In this document: positions 8,335 to 15,820 of the stretch, one piece after another
How positions within the stretch are numbered: position 1 is the first letter of the stretch
How the letters are laid out: the number at the start of each line of letters is the position of its first letter
Assembly (NCBI GenBank): GCA_000296795.1
Contig: BAFH01000003.1
Location: 1,747,290-1,779,289, forward strand
Source of the DNA: Candidatus Jettenia caeni
GTDB taxonomy: Bacteria; Planctomycetota; Brocadiia; Brocadiales; Brocadiaceae
DNA length: 32,000 nt
Direction: 5' to 3'
Program-made: the position numbers and the translations under genes
The notes under the pieces: generated by a model
The model's input: the letters and a program-made list of their open reading frames with translations, nothing else
Database searches by the model: none
What the model was told of the DNA's origin: nothing

Positions 8335-10038
8335 ATGAAGGCAAAAATTCTTGTAATCGATGACGAAGAAAGTATCCGTTTTACCTTTGAAAGATTCCTT
8401 CAGGATGAGGGATATGAGGTAATTGCTGTCAAAGATTATAATGAAGCTTTACGAAAGGTCTTGGATTCAAATTTTGATTTAATATTTGCAGATGTTATCC
8501 TGGAGAACAATACAGGGATTGATTTCCTGAGAGAAATCAGAAAGAAAAGTTTTAATTCTCCGGTTGTTATGATAACGGGAAGCCCCAATATCGAGACTGC
8601 ATCCGATGCCCTCAGATTGGGCGCTTTTGATTATATTCCAAAGCCTGTGCGCCAGGAAACCTTGTTGCGCATTACCAAAATAGCATTGCAGCACAAGGAG
8701 TTAGTCGATGAAAAGGAGAAGTACCGGTCAAATTTAGAGGCCATTTTCAGTAGCGTCAAAGACGCAATTATTACGGTAGATAAGGAACTGCTTGTACTTG
8801 AAATTAATGAAGCGGCAAAAGGCATTTGTAATTTATCACGGGATGCTATCGGTCAGCCGTTAGGCTCCATATCAAAATTCTGCAACGGACAGTGTCTCAA
8901 TGCGCTTGAGGAAACGATTAAGGAAAAACAGCCGGTAGAAATATATCGTTTAGAATGCAAACATAAATTCCATTCGCAACAGGTTGTGAACGTTACCACC
9001 TATCCGCTCCTGGATAATAAAGGCGTATTTTCCGGGGCAATATTAGTGGTGCGGGATGAGACACATCTGGCAGATCTTGAGCGGGATATGAAAGAGCGTC
9101 AGCAATTTCATAATATCATAGGAAAAAGTGAAAAGATGCAGTTGATTTACTCTCTGATGGAAAACCTGGCAGATGTGCAAACAACAGTTCTGGTTACCGG
9201 AGAAAGTGGAACAGGCAAGGAGTTGGTTGCTGAGGCGCTCCATTATAAAGGCGAGCGTAATAATAAGCCTTTTGTTAAGGTAAACTGCTCGGCTTTATCA
9301 GAGAATTTGCTTGAGAGTGAGCTTTTTGGACACGTGAAAGGCGCTTTTACCGGCGCTGTTCAGGATAGAATCGGCAGGTTTCAAAAGGCAAATAGCGGAA
9401 CTATCTTTTTAGATGAGATAGGAGACATATCACCCCGGATGCAATTACAGCTCTTAAGGGTATTGCAGGAAAGGGAATTTGAGAGGGTTGGAGACTCGAC
9501 GCCTATCCGTGTGGATGTCCGGGTTGTTGCTGCTACCAATCAAAATTTAAAGGAAAAAATACGGCGCGGTGAGTTCCGTGAGGATCTGTATTACCGTCTG
9601 AAGGTAGTAGAAGTGAATTTACCACCATTAAGAGACCGGAGGGAGGATATACCACTCCTGGTTAATCATTTCTTAAATAAGTTCAATAAGAAGTTAACGA
9701 AGGAAATTGTAGCAGTTTCTTCCGATGTTCAAAAGATATTCATGGAATATCAATGGCCTGGTAATATCAGGGAACTGGAGCATACCCTTGAACATGCGTT
9801 TATTCTTTGTCGCCAAAAGACCATTACCGTTAATCACTTACCAAGTGCGTTTAAGGATTTTGTTGGAACAAAGACATCCTTTCTGGAAGATATGAAGATT
9901 GATGAGCCTCAGGCCATCCTTCAGGCATTGAAAAAAGCATCATGGAATAAAGCAATGGCAGCCCGCTTATTGGGAATGAGCCGACGTACCATATACCGAA
10001 AAATTCATGATTACAAAATAAAAATACAGGACTTATAA
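8335..10038 (+). CDS. Sigma-54-dependent response regulator (REC-PAS-AAA+-HTH), paralog 2
   Basis: Same architecture and length as 5836..7539, roughly 80% identical by eye. The ATG at 8335 (MKAKILVIDDEE) is preferred over the TTG at 8332; RBS gggagg at 8325-8330. A 53-nt stretch (9301-9353) is identical to 6802-6854. Confidence 0.95.
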   Translation: MKAKILVIDDEESIRFTFERFLQDEGYEVIAVKDYNEALRKVLDSNFDLIFADVILENNTGIDFLREIRKKSFNSPVVMITGSPNIETASDALRLGAFDYIPKPVRQETLLRITKIALQHKELVDEKEKYRSNLEAIFSSVKDAIITVDKELLVLEINEAAKGICNLSRDAIGQPLGSISKFCNGQCLNALEETIKEKQPVEIYRLECKHKFHSQQVVNVTTYPLLDNKGVFSGAILVVRDETHLADLERDMKERQQFHNIIGKSEKMQLIYSLMENLADVQTTVLVTGESGTGKELVAEALHYKGERNNKPFVKVNCSALSENLLESELFGHVKGAFTGAVQDRIGRFQKANSGTIFLDEIGDISPRMQLQLLRVLQEREFERVGDSTPIRVDVRVVAATNQNLKEKIRRGEFREDLYYRLKVVEVNLPPLRDRREDIPLLVNHFLNKFNKKLTKEIVAVSSDVQKIFMEYQWPGNIRELEHTLEHAFILCRQKTITVNHLPSAFKDFVGTKTSFLEDMKIDEPQAILQALKKASWNKAMAARLLGMSRRTIYRKIHDYKIKIQDL

Positions 10039-10072
10039 CCATTCCTTAGCCTATATCTTCCTCACGTATATG

Positions 10073-10117
10073 TGTCATGTCACAGTATGTGACAAGACAC
10101 TTCTGTACCATGTCACA
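10073..10117. promoter_or_regulatory. Palindrome tgtcatgtcaca-gta-tgtgacaagaca (core TGTCAC-N5-GTGACA, 10078-10094) plus a third half-site ccatgtcaca (10108-10117)
   Basis: Read directly from the sequence. TGT-N11-ACA dyad geometry resembles the UAS sites of NtrC/NifA-family activators. It starts 35 nt after the EBP paralog 2 stop codon. Confidence 0.35.
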
Positions 10118-10539
10118 CCTCATGTTGTTAAATATGTACGATAATCTGATCTTGAAAGTGTCTGTAGATAGTTTTATCTATTTATTACAAAATGAGATAA
10201 GAACAGTCTATTCCGGTGATATATAATGAATTCATGACGAAATTCATCGTGTAGGTTAAGAGTCAATTCTGGCTAAATGTTGTGCCATCTTACCCATGAT
10301 TCAGGGTTATCGATCATGTTGGAAAAATCATACTTATGTAACCTTATGATTTAGTATCTTGTAGCACAAAAGGTATGGAAGGCCTGTCCCTACAGTACAG
10401 TAAATGAAATTTCATAAGGTTATATATTAGTTGGATTTATGTACATACCATATTGAAATTCTGTCAAAATCTAGTGCTTTAAATTAACGATGTAAAGCCT
10501 TTTTCTTTTCTCTATTTCCTCTTTGCGTTTGTACATTAA

Positions 10540-10555
10540 TGGCCTGTTTTTTGCT
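10540..10555 (+). promoter_or_regulatory. Sigma-54 promoter candidate TGGCCT-gtttt-TTGCT
   Basis: GG at 10541-42 and GC at 10553-54 have exactly the canonical 12-nt offset, with a -12 TTGCT. The next + strand gene is the PAS/HD-GYP CDS about 515 nt downstream. Confidence 0.45.
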
Positions 10556-10603
10556 TAAAACTACGAGAAGTAAGCTGCGTTTTAATAAAAACTTAAGAAC
10601 ATG

Positions 10604-10999
10604 TATAGGAATTTCAAATTTAGCCACGAATGTTCACGAATAGACACGAATATTATGAAAATAAAAGATTTGTGCTCATTTCGTGTTCATTCGTGGCCTA
10701 AAAGAGTGTCCGAATGCCTAATTTAACGTATAGGAATTTCAATATGTGTTGTAGGGTCGAAGCATTTGTCGTTATTGGCCTAAAATACTATGTATACGTT
10801 GAACGGCAAATGCTTCGCCCCCTACGCTTGGCCGCAAAATAAAAGTCGCCAAAGACCTAATTTAATGCATAGGAAATTCAAACAAAGAGTTCCTCCCCCT
10901 TGAGGGGGGAGGTTAGGTGGGGGTGAAGGAAAAGGACAACCACCCTCCCCTGGCCCCTCCCATCAAGGGAGGGGAAAAGGTCGCCGAAGGTCTAGTTTA
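10604..10999. repeat. Tandem array of three linker-plus-hairpin modules
   Basis: A conserved linker (cctaatttaaYgYataggaa(a)ttcaa) occurs at 10604-10617, 10729-10742 and 10868-10881. Each copy is followed by a different long hairpin: 10623-10697 (gccacgaatgttcacgaa.../...ttcgtgttcattcgtggc), 10751-10825 (gtagggtcgaagcatttg.../...caaatgcttcgccccctac) and 10891-10980 (C/G-tract double hairpin). Each hairpin is followed by a related aaaagtcgcc(a/g)aag..cta.ttta flank. Confidence 0.8.
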
Positions 11000-11070
11000 T
11001 TTGTTATTAAGCGTATGATACTGGTAGATTATCAAAGTTCCGGTAAGAAAAATACCTTTATTGTCCTGTT

Positions 11071-12249
11071 TTGTATATTGGAGATTTCAGATTGGAGATA
11101 TCAAAATTTATTTATACATTGACTGAAAATGAACAGGCAAGGCTATTGCTCGCTGGCTTGAATGACCTTGCGTATATCTATGATACAGAGGGAAATATTG
11201 TATTTGTAAACAAAGTATTTGAGAAGCTGACAGGACATAAAGCGGAAGAATTCTTTGGAAAACCATTCACGTCCCTTTTTGAAGAAGATGATATAAAAAA
11301 GGCACTGGATACTTATACAAGAACGCTTCAGGGGGAGAGCCCACACTATGAAATCTATTTTAGAAATACAAAAGTATTCTGTGAGTATAAAAATTCTCTT
11401 TTGACAGATGAGAGGGGAAATATAATTGGAGTTGCTGGTATTGCCAGAGATATTACCCTTCGTAAGGAACGCGAAGAAGAGTTGAAAGCACTTAACAAAT
11501 CTTTAGAAAAACGGGTAGTTGAACATTCAACAAAACTTATGAAGATAAATGAAGAATTAACAGAAGAAATGAACGATCACAAACGGATAGAGGCGGAATT
11601 CAAACAAGATATTGAGAAGTTACAGAGGTCTTTAAGGATAATTATTCATATCCTTGCCTCTGCGATTGAGTCGAAAGACATCTTTGCGGTTGATCACCAA
11701 AAACGTGTAACCCGGCTTGCCCGATGTATAGCAGAAGAGATGGGTCTTTTAAAGGACAGGGTTGATAGTATCTGTTTGGCAGCCGCTCTCCATGATATAG
11801 GAAAAGTGTCTGTGCCGGCAGAGATCCTTGGAAAAGTTGAGCAGCTTACCGAGAGCGAGTTGAATGTGCTTAAGGCTCATTCGAGGGTAGGCTATGATAT
11901 AGTAAGAGAAATAGAATTTCCTTCCCCTGTTGCTCAAATTGTGCTTCAGCATCATGAAAGAATTGATGGTTCCGGATATCCTATGCGTCTGACAAGTAAA
12001 GATATACTTTTGGAAGCCAAGATTTTAAGTGTGGCCGATGTTGTAGAGGCGATATCCTTTCCTCGTCCTTATCGGTCAACCTTTGGTCTGGATAATGCGC
12101 TGGAGGAGATCTCCCGAAACAAGGGCATTCTTTACGATTTTAATGTGGTGAACGCCTGTCTGACTGTTTTTCATGAAAAAGGATTTACCTTTGAACAGGA
12201 ATTATACTCAAATGTAAAACTTCTCGACGATGTTTTATTGAGGAGATAA
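11071..12249 (+). CDS. PAS-domain HD-GYP c-di-GMP phosphodiesterase
   Basis: 392 aa. N-terminal PAS (GNIVFVNKVFEKLTGHKAEEFFGKPF...IARDIT), then a coiled coil, then an HD-GYP domain with HDIGK and HHERIDGSGYP. The start is uncertain: TTG at 11071, other in-frame TTGs at 11092 and 11116, and no clear RBS. Confidence 0.85.
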   Translation: MYIGDFRLEISKFIYTLTENEQARLLLAGLNDLAYIYDTEGNIVFVNKVFEKLTGHKAEEFFGKPFTSLFEEDDIKKALDTYTRTLQGESPHYEIYFRNTKVFCEYKNSLLTDERGNIIGVAGIARDITLRKEREEELKALNKSLEKRVVEHSTKLMKINEELTEEMNDHKRIEAEFKQDIEKLQRSLRIIIHILASAIESKDIFAVDHQKRVTRLARCIAEEMGLLKDRVDSICLAAALHDIGKVSVPAEILGKVEQLTESELNVLKAHSRVGYDIVREIEFPSPVAQIVLQHHERIDGSGYPMRLTSKDILLEAKILSVADVVEAISFPRPYRSTFGLDNALEEISRNKGILYDFNVVNACLTVFHEKGFTFEQELYSNVKLLDDVLLRR

Positions 12250-12358
12250 TTTTGTTGTCTAATAGCGGGACACAGATTAACACAGATAAGTACAAAATGT
12301 AGCGAAAGTTGATCTTGGGTTGTATGCAAATGTAGGGAACATACGGAACCTTAAACAT

Positions 12359-12439
12359 GTCATTGCGAGGGGTATTTCCCGAAGCAATCTCTTTTGAAAT
12401 GTCTAAAGGATTACTTCGGACAATACCCCTCGCAATGAC
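12359..12439. repeat. 81-nt near-perfect long hairpin (MITE/REP-like)
   Basis: Outer arms gtcattgcgaggggtatt (12359-12376) and aatacccctcgcaatgac (12422-12439) are perfect complements. Inner arms ccgaagcaatc/gattacttcgg match 10/11. A solo arm copy ctcgcaatgacaca lies at 7982-7995. Confidence 0.8.
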
Positions 12440-12584
12440 ACAGCCCCATGCAGTTGAACCGATACAAACCGTATTATCATGAATTCTATTGACAGTGTAC
12501 CGGGCGGATCAGAACGTTCGGTATCGTCGTATTTTGTAACACAAGTTTAAAGTCTGGAGTACCTTCGAAAGAGGATAATAGTAC

Positions 12585-12863
12585 ATGAGAACCAATAAAT
12601 TCTTTGTATGTCCAAACTGTGGTAATATCAAAAAATTTAAAGTATTTACGAGTAATTTTCAAATAGTTACACAATCCCCGGAATTAGGAATACGCATGAA
12701 TGAAAGCGGTGTTTTGCCTAATTTGCGGCAGGCGGATAATTATATTGAGTGTCAACTGTGTTTTAAAAAATCAGAATACGACGCAGCAGTAAACCTTGGT
12801 GAGAAATATATCAAAGACATATCAAATCAGTCCAGGGAATTAAGGCGGTATACTGAGATGTAA
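12585..12863 (+). CDS. Small zinc-ribbon protein (two CxxC pairs), function unknown
   Basis: 92 aa with CPNC (residues 9-12) and CQLC (56-59). Good RBS agagga 8 nt upstream of the ATG. It sits between the HD-GYP and GGDEF genes. Confidence 0.6.
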   Translation: MRTNKFFVCPNCGNIKKFKVFTSNFQIVTQSPELGIRMNESGVLPNLRQADNYIECQLCFKKSEYDAAVNLGEKYIKDISNQSRELRRYTEM

Positions 12864-12889
12864 AAAGTAGCTAATTTGGCAAAGCAAAA

Positions 12890-12906
12890 TGTATGCTATA
12901 CATACA
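12890..12906. promoter_or_regulatory. Palindrome TGTATG-ctata-CATACA (TGT-N11-ACA), with an extra TGTATG half-site at 12911-12916
   Basis: Perfect dyad about 230 nt upstream of the sigma-54 promoter at 13134, with the same dyad geometry as 10078-10094. The AT-rich context raises the chance expectation. Confidence 0.25.
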
Positions 12907-13133
12907 GTGCTGTATGATTTAAAAACAGATAAATATGCATATAAAGATTTTATTTTAGAATACTTATGATAATTTATAAGTAAAACAGTATGAATAACAT
13001 ACAGGCAGTACAAGTGAAAATTTCTCTTTATGGAAAAGGGATACTACAATAAACTAAATATATGTAGTGTAATAAGTTATATTTTAAATAGTTATATATT
13101 ATTCTTATAAAAATTTTCACATAAGGCATTTCC

Positions 13134-13149
13134 TGGCAAGTACATTGCT
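13134..13149 (+). promoter_or_regulatory. Sigma-54 promoter candidate cTGGCAA-gtaca-TTGCTa
   Basis: Matches the consensus TGGCAC-N5-TTGCW at all but one position. GG at 13135-36 and GC at 13147-48 have the exact 12-nt offset. It lies 55-90 nt upstream of the two candidate starts of the GGDEF gene. Confidence 0.65.
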
Positions 13150-13203
13150 AATGATGGGATGGCAATGTTATACAGCATTAAAAATAATTTTGCATGATAT
13201 CTT

Positions 13204-14244
13204 GTGTTTGGTGTCTGTTTGAAGAAATATACAAGATTAATGAAAGATGCAATGAAACTGCTTGAGAACTATAAAAAAATAAGAGTTGTGAATAAAGTGT
13301 TAAATATAGCGCCAAATCATATGAAGATGAAAGTAAATCATTATGCCCTTGTTGAAACATTTGTAGATGCTATTATATCGGCAAATCAGGAAGGGTGTAT
13401 TGTTTATTGTAACCCTGCAGCAAAAAAGATGTTTGGATATCAGGAAGAGATCATTGGTTGCGATATTACTATCCTTATGCCTGAACGATATCGGCTAAAA
13501 TATCAAATAGGTATGACGAAGTACATAAATACAGGGCTAACAAGGATTATGGGACAAACCATAGAGTTAGTTGGTTTAAAGAAGGATGGTATTGAATTTC
13601 CCATAGAGTTATCTGTATCGGCATGCATGGTTGATAATCGATATTTTTTTACCGGTATTATCCGGGATATTACTGAAAGAAAGTGTACGGAGTTTAAACT
13701 CCTCGAGTCTAATAGGAAATTACAAGAACTTTCTATTAAGGATAGTTTAACGAATTTATATAATCGGCGTCATACTTTTCATGTAATGGAAATTGAATTC
13801 AACAGGGCAAAAAGATATCAAAAATCTCTCTCATGTTTAATGATCGATATAGATTATTTTAAAAATATCAATGATCTCTATGGTCATCCCTTTGGAGATA
13901 AAGTACTCGTACATTTTTCCTCCTTTTTACTCAATATGATACGCTCTACCGATATAGTTTCCCGATATGGAGGTGAGGAGTTTCTTGTTATTCTTCCCGA
14001 TGTAGATATAAAGGGTGCTATGGACTTTGCTGAAAGATTACGGGAGGCCGTGTCTAAACATACTATAGAGGATAAAGAAAGGAATATAAATGCAGCATTG
14101 AGCATCAGTGTTGGAGTCAGCTCTTTTACAGATAGTACACTTAATAAAGAAGAAATAATAAGCCAGGCAGATAAAGCCCTTTACGAGGCCAAGCGATCGG
14201 GAAGAAATAGAGTTTGCTGTATTCAAACTTGTAAGACTGTTTAA
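13204..14244 (+). CDS. PAS-domain diguanylate cyclase (GGDEF)
   Basis: 346 aa. PAS (GCIVYCNPAAKKMFGYQEEIIG...IIRDITERK). GGDEF domain with active-site RYGGEEF and an upstream I-site RSTD (RxxD, 5 residues before GGEEF). GTG at 13204; the in-frame ATG at 13240 is an alternative start. Confidence 0.9.
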   Translation: MFGVCLKKYTRLMKDAMKLLENYKKIRVVNKVLNIAPNHMKMKVNHYALVETFVDAIISANQEGCIVYCNPAAKKMFGYQEEIIGCDITILMPERYRLKYQIGMTKYINTGLTRIMGQTIELVGLKKDGIEFPIELSVSACMVDNRYFFTGIIRDITERKCTEFKLLESNRKLQELSIKDSLTNLYNRRHTFHVMEIEFNRAKRYQKSLSCLMIDIDYFKNINDLYGHPFGDKVLVHFSSFLLNMIRSTDIVSRYGGEEFLVILPDVDIKGAMDFAERLREAVSKHTIEDKERNINAALSISVGVSSFTDSTLNKEEIISQADKALYEAKRSGRNRVCCIQTCKTV

Positions 14245-14335
14245 AAAGAATAACGGTATCCGTATCTTCAAAACACTAAGGGGAGCACAAAACGTGGAGG
14301 CGCAAGATTGTGCGTCTCTCCAGAGGAATGAACTC

Positions 14336-14412
14336 CATATGCATCAAGCTAACATGAGGAAACGGTGAAGAATAACAAACCATCCATAATCCCCCTTTAG
14401 AAAAAGGGGAAA
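14336..14412. repeat. Direct repeat copy A (catatgcatcaagctaacatgaggaaacggtgaagaataacaaac...) ending in a cccccttt-aga-aaagggg mini-hairpin
   Basis: About 60 nt nearly identical (2-3 mismatches) to copy B at 14739. Confidence 0.8.
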
Positions 14413-14491
14413 TCTCTCGTTCCCCCCTTTTCTAGCTTATCATTTACCCACATCTTTCTCTTTCGTACACCCTATATTCCATAAGAAGTAA

Positions 14492-14672
14492 GCGATAAGT
14501 GGGCAGATATTCTCGTTCCAAAGGAAGAACAGGGTGGCACTGACAAACTCTGTTTGTCAGTGTGGTGTATTCCCTATCTACGGATGTATTCAAACAACAC
14601 GGACAAAAGATCCCCGTGTTCAAGACATACGGGGACATGGTTTGTCCGTGCCATCCTGTTTCGTCTTATCGC
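14492..14672. other. Nested multi-hairpin island (possible structured RNA or clustered REPs)
   Basis: Closing stem gcgataag (14492-99) / cttatcgc (14665-72). Inside it are an 11-bp perfect stem cactgacaaac-tct-gtttgtcagtg (14538-14562) and a two-tier stem: cacggacaaa (14598-607) / tttgtccgtg (14641-50) enclosing ccccgt (14612-17) / acgggg (14629-34). No match to an RNA family that I recognise. Confidence 0.3.
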
Positions 14673-14738
14673 ACTACTCAAACTTACCTCTTTTTTGACT
14701 TGTGGGTAAAGATAAGTTTTTAAAGGGGAGGTTAGGGG

Positions 14739-14826
14739 CATATGCATCAAGCTAACATGTGGAAACGGTGAAGAATAACAAATCACCCATAATCCCCCTT
14801 GGTCCCCCTTTAGAAAAGGGGGAAAT
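14739..14826. repeat. Direct repeat copy B, followed by further ccccttt-aga-aaagggg type hairpins through about 14960
   Basis: catatgcatcaagctaacatgtggaaacggtgaagaataacaaatcaccc..., 403 nt downstream of copy A. The motif ggggaggttagg also recurs at about 10906, 14722 and 14935. Confidence 0.8.
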
Positions 14827-15058
14827 GCATAATCTCCCTTAGTCTCCCTTTAGAAAATGGGGAAAAGTTTGATATGTTTGATCAGACAAACTTTTCTCAA
14901 GAGGAAATCTTTCCTCCTTTCCCCTCTTTTTTAAAGGGGGGTTAGGGGGGATTAGAGGGGTGCATGAACACATATTACTCTTTTTCCAGGGAAATACTTT
15001 TTTTTCAGGGATAGCAAACCTAAAAGTTTTTCCTATACAATTGAATTTCCTAAACATT

Positions 15059-15091
15059 TGTCATTCCCGAATGTCTGTATCGGGAATCCAG
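15059..15091. repeat. Second copy of the 33-nt tgtcattcccgaatg..atcgggaatccag palindromic element
   Basis: See 7835-7867. Confidence 0.85.
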
Positions 15092-15252
15092 ACTCCATTC
15101 CCGTTTTTCTTCCGCTTTTCTTCCTCATGCCGGGATTTCCAAGATCAGATTATCGTTCGAATATCAGGTTCCATAATAATAATGCAAGCCTGAAGAGCTG
15201 CATGATTATAGAGAATGCACTACGGGAGGATTTTAAGCAGTTGAAATTGTCA

Positions 15253-15281
15253 TTGACATTAATTTTGTAAACTTGTAAAAT
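15253..15281 (+). promoter_or_regulatory. Sigma-70-type promoter TTGACA-N17-TAAAAT for the acpS/radical SAM operon
   Basis: ttgaca at 15253-15258, a 17-nt spacer, and taaaat at 15276-15281. About 70 nt upstream of the ATG at 15353. Confidence 0.6.
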
Positions 15282-15352
15282 GCCGTTTTCTCAGTAACAG
15301 ATACTTGTATGATAAGTAGTTACAATAATTCCCATTATTGCATGGAATACGT

Positions 15353-15730
15353 ATGTACATTGGCATTGATATAATAGAAATAAAACGTATTGAAAGGTTA
15401 TTTTCTTCTAATGAGGGTTTTTTGAGGAAAATTTATACGGAAAAAGAAGTAGAATACTGTAATCAAAAAAAGAATAAATATCAGCATTTTGCAGCACGCT
15501 TTGCTACCAAAGAGGCTGTATTCAAGGCATTAGGGACAGGCTGGATAGGCGCTATGAAATGGACAGACATTGAGTTGTTGAACGACGAAATGGGAAAACC
15601 GTATTTGAACCTTTATGGAAGTGTAAAAGAACTGGCAAACAAAAAGAATATTAACAATATTTCTGTATCAGTATCCCATTGCCGGGATTATGCTATTGCT
15701 CAGGTATTATTAGTGCCGGGGAGTATGTGA
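15353..15730 (+). CDS. acpS: Holo-[acyl-carrier-protein] synthase (4'-phosphopantetheinyl transferase, AcpS type)
   Basis: MYIGIDIIEIKRIE... N-terminus, FAARFATKEAVFKALG motif and a C-terminal SVSHCRDYAIAQV, all typical of AcpS at about 125 aa. The ATG at 15353 is preferred over the listed TTG at 15338. Confidence 0.85.
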   Translation: MYIGIDIIEIKRIERLFSSNEGFLRKIYTEKEVEYCNQKKNKYQHFAARFATKEAVFKALGTGWIGAMKWTDIELLNDEMGKPYLNLYGSVKELANKKNINNISVSVSHCRDYAIAQVLLVPGSM

Positions 15731-15820
15731 AAATCTCAAACAGGGAGAAGTATAAAGGGTATCGGTGTGATTTTTATAGATAAGTTTTGACAATACCTAC
15801 TAACACCAGAGGGAACTTTC

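Noticed and set aside
14612-14634. ccccgt-gttcaagacat-acgggg hairpin resembling a tRNA T-arm (GTTCAAG)
   Set aside because: The loop is 11 nt rather than 7. There is no acceptor, D or anticodon arm geometry around it. It is not a tRNA.
14839-15270. Short ORFs (72, 77 and 70 aa) in the gene desert upstream of acpS
   Set aside because: Their translations are just read-through of palindromic repeats (e.g. SFPNVCIGNP from the tgtcattcccgaatg element, and poly-P/G/K from ccccttt/aaagggg hairpins). No RBS and no domain-like sequence.
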